The translations under genes were made by a program, and so were the position numbers. A model generated the notes under the pieces. That model was not told the DNA's origin. It saw only the letters and a list, made by a program, of their open reading frames with translations, and did no database searches. DNA of 64,000 bases from Betaproteobacteria bacterium (GTDB lineage Bacteria; Pseudomonadota; Gammaproteobacteria; Burkholderiales; SG8-41), in the NCBI GenBank assembly GCA_016202605.1, contig JACQOJ010000152.1, positions 1,350-65,349 of the forward strand. Reading direction: 5' to 3'. Positions 20,088-27,501 of this stretch are shown here, one piece after another. The stretch's first letter is position 1, and each line of letters begins with the position of its first letter.

Positions 20088-20771
20088 CTAGAACAGGCTT
20101 GCCGCGCCGCAGTTGGTATTGCCGTTGGTGGCGTTCCAGGTCGCGGTGGCCGCAGTGCCGCTGGTGCAGTTGTTCGCGCCGTTATCCTGCGGCGCCGCCG
20201 CCGCGTTGCCTTGATACGACGAGAACTGGAATGCTCCCGTATTCGGCAATCCGTCGTCGATTTTCCGATCCACTTCGGCGATGATCTCGACCGGGATCTG
20301 GGCGCCCGTCTTCAGATTGTGCTTCGCCGCCGGCGTGCCCCCGCCGGGTCCGTACGCGCTGTCGTAGATCAGTTGCTGGTAGACCGCGTAAGGGTTCTTG
20401 GGATTCGAGGTATCGGCGGGGGTCGCATTGTAGGTGTAGGTGCCGGTGATGAATCCGGCTCGCGACAGATGCTCCCACACCAGGGTGTCCTCGCGCGGGG
20501 TGGTCGTGCTTTCGATGCGACCGTTGCCGTTTCCGTTCTGCGTGGCGCCGGCGATATTGGTCGTCGCCTGCGTGTAATCCCCCGGCAGGGACCGATAACG
20601 GTCGAGGAACCCGAAATAGGCCGCCTTGTAGCCGTCCTGCTGCGAAATAAGATTCCGCACGCGCGCGCTGGTGATGAGTTCCTGGCCTTTCAGCACGCCC
20701 CCGAGCAGCAGACCGATGATCACCAGCACGATCGCGATCTCGATCAAGGTAAACCCCTCTTGCCTGTTCAC
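20088..20771 (-). CDS. Type IVa-style prepilin, candidate major pilin of the adjacent filament system
   Basis: Leader (M)NRQEG / FTLIEIAIVLVIIGLLLGGVLKG, with Gly at -1 and Glu at +5. C-terminal Cys pair NNCTSG...NTNC. GTG 20771 is preceded by GGGGGA. The track's longer starts (20798, 20873) lack a Shine-Dalgarno sequence, and 20873 lies upstream of the sigma-54 promoter. Confidence 0.85.
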   Translation of the reverse strand: MNRQEGFTLIEIAIVLVIIGLLLGGVLKGQELITSARVRNLISQQDGYKAAYFGFLDRYRSLPGDYTQATTNIAGATQNGNGNGRIESTTTPREDTLVWEHLSRAGFITGTYTYNATPADTSNPKNPYAVYQQLIYDSAYGPGGGTPAAKHNLKTGAQIPVEIIAEVDRKIDDGLPNTGAFQFSSYQGNAAAAPQDNGANNCTSGTAATATWNATNGNTNCGAASLF

Positions 20772-20818
20772 GATTCCCCCTTTCGCGGTGGTTGGCATGG
20801 CGTAGCGGCAAAAACCGC

Positions 20819-20833
20819 GCAAGAAATATGCCA
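20819..20833 (-). promoter_or_regulatory. Sigma-54 (-24/-12) promoter of the major pilin gene
   Basis: Minus strand reads TGGCAT-ATTTC-TTGC, i.e. GG-N10-GC with exact spacing against the TGGCAC-N5-TTGC consensus. It lies about 48 nt upstream of GTG 20771. Confidence 0.75.
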
Positions 20834-21041
20834 TTGAGATATCCCGCCGCGCGCGTTTGTGCCGGACCTGCAAGCGAACACTGTAAAGACGACCGCGAGC
20901 CGGGCGTAGAGGTTCAATTTCCTGATTAATAGGAGAATTTCATCAGCGCATTCAAAAAAGCGCTTTTCGGGTCGTTGGGTGCATACCGCGGCGCGGATCG
21001 CCAAAGTCCGGGAAAACCCGCCGTGAAGACCGATGCAACCG

Positions 21042-21761
21042 TCAATTTTTCGACGGTAATGACGATTTTTCGCCGGCCTTCATGACTTCCAGCCGCTGCG
21101 TGAGGAATCGTATTTCGTTCGCATCGGTAATCTCCCCGCTCGCCAGCAGTCCACCGAGCAGGACGCTGGCACTCTCGAACTCGCCCGTCTCTTCGAGAAT
21201 GAAAATCCGCATCTGGCGCGCCCAGGAGGGTGCTTTTTGCGCGAGCCGCGCCAGGTCTCGCGCGTAGGCAAGCGCGAGCGCGGTGTCGTTGAGCCGGTGT
21301 TTCGCGACGATCACCGCATGCGCCAGCCAGCGCCAACGGCGGTCCGGGTCGTCCCGGAACCTGCGGTGCACGAAGTCCAGCATTTGCCGTTGCCGGGTCT
21401 CATCCGGCACCTGCGCATAGAGGTGGGAAGCCATCAGCAGCGGGTACCGGGTGTATGGATCGAGGTTGAGAATGGTATCGAGCCAGCTCACGACGCGCGG
21501 GTAATCCAGGTGGCGGAACGGGATGCTGATTCCGGGCTGATTATCGAATGCCTGCAGATAAAGCGTGAGCGCATATGCCGCGGCGATGGGTTCATCCAGG
21601 CTTGCCATTCTTGCCATGGCGGGGCGCGGCGGCACCGGCAGCGCCTCGGCGCGCGCCAGCGGCGAAGGACGCCCGGCTTCGGACGCGATTTGAACGATGA
21701 GCGCCGCGCCCAGCACGACGAGAACCGGCGCCGGGACGGCGCTTATGCGGCGTTCGGACAT
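21042..21761 (-). CDS. Hypothetical membrane-anchored helical protein, translationally coupled to the ABC-2 permease
   Basis: MSERRISAVPAPVLVVLGAALIVQIA anchor. Its ATG overlaps the upstream TGA (TGATG at 21759-21763). I recognise no family. The track fuses it into a 533-aa ORF that I split. Confidence 0.6.
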   Translation of the reverse strand: MSERRISAVPAPVLVVLGAALIVQIASEAGRPSPLARAEALPVPPRPAMARMASLDEPIAAAYALTLYLQAFDNQPGISIPFRHLDYPRVVSWLDTILNLDPYTRYPLLMASHLYAQVPDETRQRQMLDFVHRRFRDDPDRRWRWLAHAVIVAKHRLNDTALALAYARDLARLAQKAPSWARQMRIFILEETGEFESASVLLGGLLASGEITDANEIRFLTQRLEVMKAGEKSSLPSKN

Positions 21762-22537
21762 CAGAAATTCCTGCGATGGAAGTCGAACATGGTTGCGGCG
21801 GCGAGCAGGGTGATGTAAAGGATGCCGCTGGCGCACAGCGACCCGATGTCCGGCCAGCTCGCATGCTGATCGGCCACCCACGCGGTCCGGGTCCAGCGGT
21901 CGAAGGCGGGCACGATCAGTCCCAGGCCCTCCACGACGAACCGAATCACCTGGCGCGACGCGGCGTCTTCGCCGGTGAGCGGATGGGCGCTCATCAGGCG
22001 GATTGCCGTCAGGGTCCGCGCCAGCAGGTAAAATGCGAGGACGAAACTCGCCGCGGGCATGAGCTGATTGAAAGTCACGACGCAAAACAATGCGAACGCG
22101 ATCACGATGCCGAGCTCGAGCGCGAGTGAAATCCCCCACTGCAGCGCGGATTCCGGTGTTGCGAACCCCGCGAGCGGCAGGCTTGCGGCGGCGGCGACCA
22201 GAACGCCGATGATGAGAAAACCGGCGAGCTTGCCGAGGATATAATGGGCGCGCGGCACATCGAGTGCGAGCACCACATCGAGGCCCTTGTCGTTGAATTC
22301 GCGCATGACGCTCACGAGCACGTAGAGCCCGGCGATGAACACCGCGGCGAGCCGCATGCCGGAGGCATACATGCCGGCCCGAACGCGCGCGCTTTCCGTG
22401 ATCGCGATCTCTTGCGTGAAAAAGCCGGCGGCGACGAGAAACACGATCGCGGCGAGGACGAGTTCCGGCAGCCGCGTGCGGCGTGCTTCGAGCAGCGTAC
22501 AGCGGGCGATGGTTGTGATCTGACCGGTCATGGGCAT
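21761..22537 (-). CDS. ABC-2 type (NosY-like) transporter permease with no adjacent ATPase
   Basis: Six predicted TM segments. TLLEARRTRL and REFNDKGLDVVLALDVPRAHYILGKLAGF are typical of ABC-2 permeases. Confidence 0.65.
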   Translation of the reverse strand: MPMTGQITTIARCTLLEARRTRLPELVLAAIVFLVAAGFFTQEIAITESARVRAGMYASGMRLAAVFIAGLYVLVSVMREFNDKGLDVVLALDVPRAHYILGKLAGFLIIGVLVAAAASLPLAGFATPESALQWGISLALELGIVIAFALFCVVTFNQLMPAASFVLAFYLLARTLTAIRLMSAHPLTGEDAASRQVIRFVVEGLGLIVPAFDRWTRTAWVADQHASWPDIGSLCASGILYITLLAAATMFDFHRRNF

Positions 22538-22605
22538 GGGATGCGAATGCAGCGAGAGTATAACGAAAGTTCGGCGAACGCCGCGCCGGCGGAGGACGGA
22601 CCGGC

Positions 22606-24312
22606 GTGAACACGACCGCGGCCACCCCCCAGCAGCGTTTCATCGCCGCTTACCCGCAGTGGTGGATGGGATCGATGCTGCTCGCGCTGCATGCCGCGCT
22701 CGCCTGGGACATCCAGGAGTGGTGGGCGCGGGCCTTCCTGCTCGCGCATTTCGGCCTGTTCCTGCTGTGGCAGCCGGTGTGGCGTGGCGAGCGCGACGTC
22801 GAGCTCCGGCATGCGCTGCTGGTGGTGTTGGTGGGGGTGCTGCTCGTGGCGCTGAACAGCTGGTGGCTGATGGCAGTGTGGCTTGCCGTGCTGTTCGGCC
22901 TGATCGGCGGATCGGTCCCGGGAACCACCGATCGGCGGCAGCGGCTGGTGTCGATCCTGGCGGCGTTCTATCTGCTTTCCATTCTGCTCATGTGGGTGGT
23001 GCCGCAGCTTTTTGCGGAGCGCGTCCACGGCTGGGTCCAGGACATGGTGCGCTACGCGTTGCCCGTCATACCGTTCGGGATCGTTCTCATGCGTTTCGAG
23101 TCGCGGCGTTCGGCGGCGCCGGTCGCGGTGGACCTCTTCTACATCGTGCTCCTGTTCCTGCTGGTCGTGGCCTTGGTGCTTGGCAGCTTCGTCGTGAAGG
23201 AAGTCAGTCGCAGCGACTACCCGGTGGCGTTGGTTCAGACACTGTTCGTGATCGCGCTCGTGCTGGTCGCTTTGTCCTGGCTGTGGAATCCGCGCGGCGG
23301 CTTCACCGGCATCGGGCACCTGCTCTCGCGCTATCTGATGAGCCTCGGCCTCCCGTTCGAGCGCTGGGTGCAGCAGCTCGCGGAACTCGCCGAGGAGGAG
23401 TCGCAGCCCCCGCGCTTCCTGGCGTCGGCGCTGCAGCACATGCTCGAGTTGCCGTGGGTAAGCGGCGTGGAGTGGAAATCGCAGGTCGGGGAGGGCGAGT
23501 TCGGCGTCCGCACGGACCACGCTGCCGAATGCTCCACCCGCGATGTGGAGCTGAGAATTTTCACGCGGTGGCCGCTGACGCCGGCCTTGCTGCTGCACCT
23601 GAAGCTGCTCGCGCAAATGGTGGGGCATTTTTATGACGCCAAGCGGCGCGAGCAGATCCAGCGCCAGAGCGCTTACGCGCAGGCGATCTACGAAACCGGG
23701 GCGCGCCTCACCCACGACGTCAAGAATCTGCTGCAGTCGTTGCGCTCGCTGTGCGTTGCGGCCGAGACGAGCGGCGCCGATCAGGCAGCCGCGTTGCAGG
23801 CGTTGATGCAGCGGCAGTTGCCGCAGATCACCCGGCGGCTCAACACCACGCTCGACAAGCTCAGGAAGCCGCAGGACGTCGACGCGGGCGAGGTCGACGC
23901 GGCGATCTGGTGGGAGGGACTGGTCCAGCGCCACGACGGGCGCAACATCCGCTTCACCGCGGACGGCGTCGCGGCGAAGGCGCGCATCCCGTCGGAGCTT
24001 TTCGACAGCGCCGCCGACAACCTCATCGAGAACGCGCTCCGCAAGCAGACGGACGGCGAAGCGTTCGAAGTGCGCGTGACGTTTTCCGCGGCCCGCGGCG
24101 GCACGCTCACCGTGTGCGATAACGGCGCTGCCGTCGCCAGGAGCATCGTGGCGCAGTTGTTTGCGACGCCGGTGAGTTCCGGGACGGGACTGGGCATCGG
24201 CCTCTACCAGGCGGCGCGGCAGGCGGAGCGGTTCGGATACAGCCTTGCGCTCACCGCAAATGAGCCCGGGCGCGTGTGTTTCGCACTGACGCGGGCGGGG
24301 GAAGAATCCTAG
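22606..24312 (+). CDS. Multi-pass (about 8 TM) sensor histidine kinase, PilS/PrsK-like
   Basis: H-box ARLTHDVKNLLQSL, N-box DNLIENALRK, G-boxes DNGAAV and GTGLGIGLY. GTG start. Confidence 0.85.
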   Translation: MNTTAATPQQRFIAAYPQWWMGSMLLALHAALAWDIQEWWARAFLLAHFGLFLLWQPVWRGERDVELRHALLVVLVGVLLVALNSWWLMAVWLAVLFGLIGGSVPGTTDRRQRLVSILAAFYLLSILLMWVVPQLFAERVHGWVQDMVRYALPVIPFGIVLMRFESRRSAAPVAVDLFYIVLLFLLVVALVLGSFVVKEVSRSDYPVALVQTLFVIALVLVALSWLWNPRGGFTGIGHLLSRYLMSLGLPFERWVQQLAELAEEESQPPRFLASALQHMLELPWVSGVEWKSQVGEGEFGVRTDHAAECSTRDVELRIFTRWPLTPALLLHLKLLAQMVGHFYDAKRREQIQRQSAYAQAIYETGARLTHDVKNLLQSLRSLCVAAETSGADQAAALQALMQRQLPQITRRLNTTLDKLRKPQDVDAGEVDAAIWWEGLVQRHDGRNIRFTADGVAAKARIPSELFDSAADNLIENALRKQTDGEAFEVRVTFSAARGGTLTVCDNGAAVARSIVAQLFATPVSSGTGLGIGLYQAARQAERFGYSLALTANEPGRVCFALTRAGEES

Positions 24313-24430
24313 CCGGGAGGTCGTGAGATCGGAAGGTCGGGAAGTCGTGAGATCGGAAATTCGTGCGAGGTCCCACCTCGCTCTTCCGCGCTGACGCTCT
24401 TATGCTCTCACGTTCTCACGCCCTCGCGTG
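24313..24430. repeat. Intergenic 8-nt-period array pair (element R2) between the convergent kinase and pilin genes
   Basis: GTCGTGAG ATCGGAAG GTCGGGAA GTCGTGAG ATCGGAAA TTCGTGCG, facing CTCTCACG TTCTCACG CCCTCGCG. Confidence 0.7.
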
Positions 24431-24434
24431 CCTG

Positions 24435-25133
24435 TTAGGGCAGCCTGCCCGCCGCCACCATGCGATTGAGAAGAATATATTGCGACAGCGACGTCACGAT
24501 GTCGTCGAATTCCCCCGCGGACGATTCGGGCGCGGAGATGGCGCGGCTCACGACCTCCCGGTCGGCGTCGGTATTTTCGAGCTCATCGGCCCCGGTCGGG
24601 CTCGGATTCGTGGTGCCGGACAGACTGTTCGTCGCGCCGTAACCGTTCTTGCCGTGCGACACGATCACCGCGACCACGGCGGTGCCGGTCCCGCCGCAGT
24701 TCGCCGCTTGACATACCCGCACGTCGGTTCCGCCACCGCTCAGGTTGATCAGGGCGGCGGGCGGGCGCCAGGCGTAGCGTTCGTTCAGGACGTAACGGAA
24801 GCGGTTGCTCCATGCATCGGTGCCGGCGACACCCACAGTCGCCCACGGCAGGTTTCCGGTGGCGATGCCGCCTGCAACGGTACCGCACCGCCCGGTGCCG
24901 GCGTTCACGTCTTCGGCCCCGTCATCATTGGTGTCGGGGCAGGGCAGATATCCGTTCACGAGCGCGAACCCGACCAGGGCTTCCCTGATTTCGTCGAGTG
25001 TTTTCTGTGTATCGCTTATTTGCTTCTGCTCGACCTGGGTGGCAAGCGGAACCAGAATGCTGCCAAGCAGCAGGGTAATGATGAAGATCACCACTGCCAT
25101 TTCCACCAATGTGAAGCCGCTTGACCGTTTCAT
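24435..25133 (-). CDS. Prepilin-type N-terminal cleavage/methylation protein (minor pilin)
   Basis: MKRSSG / FTLVEMAVVIFIITLLLG. Internal LPCPD and GNLPWATVG motifs. C-terminal EFDDIVTSLSQYILLNRMVAAGRLP. Confidence 0.85.
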   Translation of the reverse strand: MKRSSGFTLVEMAVVIFIITLLLGSILVPLATQVEQKQISDTQKTLDEIREALVGFALVNGYLPCPDTNDDGAEDVNAGTGRCGTVAGGIATGNLPWATVGVAGTDAWSNRFRYVLNERYAWRPPAALINLSGGGTDVRVCQAANCGGTGTAVVAVIVSHGKNGYGATNSLSGTTNPSPTGADELENTDADREVVSRAISAPESSAGEFDDIVTSLSQYILLNRMVAAGRLP

Positions 25134-25143
25134 CGCAGCAGGC

Positions 25144-26373
25144 TCAGGGGGAGACGATCACGAGCCGGTCGTTGTTGGCGGGAGACAGCACCGGCTTGAC
25201 GAAAACGCCATCGCCGTTCGTGTTCTCCGGGTCCTCGAGACAGTCATCCGGTGTGGCGCATGGCCGTGACTGGCCCGGGAATGCGCGTCCCGTCACGATC
25301 ACTACCGCGCGCTTGTCGTCGTTCGGTACCGGCATACCCTGAACCGTGAGCAGGCCTCCGGCGCCGAAGCAACTTCCGAGCGAGTTCGGGTAACCGCATG
25401 CCGGCGCCATGGAATAGTGCGTCAGCCGGTGCCAGTTGTTGGCGGCAAACCAAGCCGGAGGCTGCGCCGGGCCCGGCGACTGCCAGTCCGCGAGCCCGGG
25501 GCATGTGGCGGATATGGGCTGGCCCAGCGGCACGCCGGGCTGGGGGATCCGCCCGCTCGTCAGGAGGGGCGTGCAGCCGTAACTGTTGTCGGAATAGCTG
25601 TTGGCGAACGGGTAGTAGCCGTTGATGTCGAAATACGCCGCGAGAAAAGCGCGAACCTCGCGCGCGACCCGCATTTCAACCACCGGGAACAACGCATCGC
25701 TCGTGACGGCGAGCAGCCGATCGTTGGCGCTGCCGCTGACCGCGCCGGCTGTGAAAGTGGTCGTGCCGGCAATTTCGTTGCCGCCTTCGAGATAGTGGGC
25801 AACCGTATTCTGGTTGGCGGCGTCCCGTGCCTGCGAGCCTGCCGCCCCGCCGGGCGCGAGCACAACGGCGATCACTCCGCTGAGGGTGGCGGAGCCGCTG
25901 TTGACGGTAAGCTCGCCGGCGGTATCGCTGTTGATCGGTTGCGCGGAATCGTCGTCCCGGAACGTCCGGGAGAGCGCATACCATAATCTTTCACCGCTGC
26001 TGTCGCGCAGATCCGGAAGACCGAGAGTGCGCCATGGCAGCCGGCCGATGTAGCTGGGGCACTCGTTTCCAACCAGGAGATCGGCGATGCCGTCGTTCGG
26101 AATGTTGGTTCCGGGGATATTTGTTACCAGGTCGGGACAGGGAAGGCTTCCGGGGCGATTCTGGTCGGCGGCGGCGCGGCCGATGAGCGCATCCTTCGCT
26201 TGCGCCAGCGCGGCAGCAGTCTTTTTCTCATTCTCGATGGTGAGGGAAGCCGGGCTGACCGTTGCGTAGATAAGAGCACCGGCGGCAATTCCGAGAATCG
26301 CGAGCATCGCCAGCAGCACCTGTCCGCGTTGAACGGACTGCCGGCGCCGTGGCTCAGCGCCGATCCTGCTCAT
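25144..26373 (-). CDS. Pilin-paralogue / GspK-like protein lacking a canonical prepilin cleavage site
   Basis: N-terminus RRRQSVQRGQVLLAMLAILGIAAG. It shares collinear motifs with the 24435-25133 pilin: LPCPD, G(R/N)LPW.T.G, R.(W/R)Y(A/V)L and ENT..D. ATG 26373 is preceded by GGGGA. Confidence 0.6.
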   Translation of the reverse strand: MSRIGAEPRRRQSVQRGQVLLAMLAILGIAAGALIYATVSPASLTIENEKKTAAALAQAKDALIGRAAADQNRPGSLPCPDLVTNIPGTNIPNDGIADLLVGNECPSYIGRLPWRTLGLPDLRDSSGERLWYALSRTFRDDDSAQPINSDTAGELTVNSGSATLSGVIAVVLAPGGAAGSQARDAANQNTVAHYLEGGNEIAGTTTFTAGAVSGSANDRLLAVTSDALFPVVEMRVAREVRAFLAAYFDINGYYPFANSYSDNSYGCTPLLTSGRIPQPGVPLGQPISATCPGLADWQSPGPAQPPAWFAANNWHRLTHYSMAPACGYPNSLGSCFGAGGLLTVQGMPVPNDDKRAVVIVTGRAFPGQSRPCATPDDCLEDPENTNGDGVFVKPVLSPANNDRLVIVSP

Positions 26374-26896
26374 GCTCGTCCCCGTCCCTGCGCGGACCCG
26401 AGGGGCCTGGCAACGTGCCATCTGCCCGGCCCTGTGCCGCGCGCTCGGGGCTCGCTGCCCTGGAGGCCGGTTGCGGGGCAGGCTCGCGGGCGTAGGGCTC
26501 GGCGATGCGTCCCGAGACGATCTCCACGCTTTGGCCGACTTTCAGATCGACGCTGCGGTTGGCCTGCGGCACGAGCAGGTTGATGCTGCCGTCAGGGCGT
26601 ACACGGCTCCTGACCGGCGACCCGGTGGCGCCTGTCCCGTCGTCCGTGGGCCGATCGTTGATCCACACCGTCGTCTTGCCGTCGCTGCGCCGTACCAGGC
26701 CGCCATACGTGACGACCTCCGGCGCCCGCGGCGCCTCCTCCGGTTCGGCCGCGAGAGGCGCGCGAAGCTTGTCGCCGCGGGCGGCGTCGAGTTGCGCGCG
26801 TTGCGCGGGCGTAAAAAAGAGCCGGCCGAGCGGCTCCGCGCCGCACGCATCGCCGATCGCCAGGACAAGCCCGAGCAACGGCAGAACGCACCTCAC
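26354..26896 (-). CDS. Small secreted protein, PilP/MshK-like by position
   Basis: GTG start overlaps the upstream stop (GTGA 26893-26896). Signal peptide VRCVLPLLGLVLAIGDACGA, then LFFTPAQRAQLD. The assignment rests on position only. Confidence 0.4.
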   Translation of the reverse strand: MRCVLPLLGLVLAIGDACGAEPLGRLFFTPAQRAQLDAARGDKLRAPLAAEPEEAPRAPEVVTYGGLVRRSDGKTTVWINDRPTDDGTGATGSPVRSRVRPDGSINLLVPQANRSVDLKVGQSVEIVSGRIAEPYAREPAPQPASRAASPERAAQGRADGTLPGPSGPRRDGDEHEQDRR

Positions 26897-27501
26897 GGTT
26901 TCCTCTCCACAACGGCGGGTTTGGCCGTGATCCACGATAAGTCGCATTCCGCGAGGAGGTTCGGCTGAACGCGGGATACCGCGCCCGTGTCGATACGCTT
27001 CAGCGTGCATTCGTCGACAAGAAACACCCCGGCGCCCGTTGCCGCAAGTGCAGTGAAGAACCGCATCAGATCCTCCTCGTGCAGAAGACGAAAGCGCAGC
27101 TTCATCACCGACTGATTCAGAGCGATCGGCCCGGCGTCCAGTGCGGCCGCGTAAGGGTAGGGCCGCTGCGCGTTGATCTGATAATCAACGCCGAAGAGTT
27201 CCGTTCTCTCGTTGGCGAGGCGCAACCCATCCAGCCAGTTGATGCGTTGCTCCTCGCCGATGAAACCGGCGTGCTGCAGCTGCCGGTATGCGCCGAGATA
27301 GCGGGAAATGGCCTCCTTTTCCTCACCCGACCGGTAGAGCCGGGTGCGCGCCTCCCGCAACTGCGCCTCATGCCGGGCGAGGTCCCGGCGGGACTGCTCA
27401 AGCAGATTGTCCGTATAAAAGACTGCCGCCGCCGCGGCGACCACCGTCATCGCCAATACGAGCAAGGGCGCCCGCAGTGTCTTCAGGTCCGTGACGGTCA
27501 T
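26893..27501 (-). CDS. PilO/MshJ-like inner-membrane alignment protein
   Basis: ATGA overlap with the upstream gene (27498-27501). Single TM LLVLAMTVVAAAAAVFY followed by a coiled-coil region (SRRDLARHEAQLREARTRL). The architecture is PilO-like. Confidence 0.5.
   Translation of the reverse strand: MTVTDLKTLRAPLLVLAMTVVAAAAAVFYTDNLLEQSRRDLARHEAQLREARTRLYRSGEEKEAISRYLGAYRQLQHAGFIGEEQRINWLDGLRLANERTELFGVDYQINAQRPYPYAAALDAGPIALNQSVMKLRFRLLHEEDLMRFFTALAATGAGVFLVDECTLKRIDTGAVSRVQPNLLAECDLSWITAKPAVVERKP

Noticed and set aside
21042-22643. A single 533-aa ORF spanning 21042..22643
   Set aside because: The N-terminal 290 aa are Arg/Pro-rich nonsense read in an alternative frame of the permease gene. 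The region is better explained by two coupled genes (21761..22537 and 21042..21761) sharing a TGATG junction.
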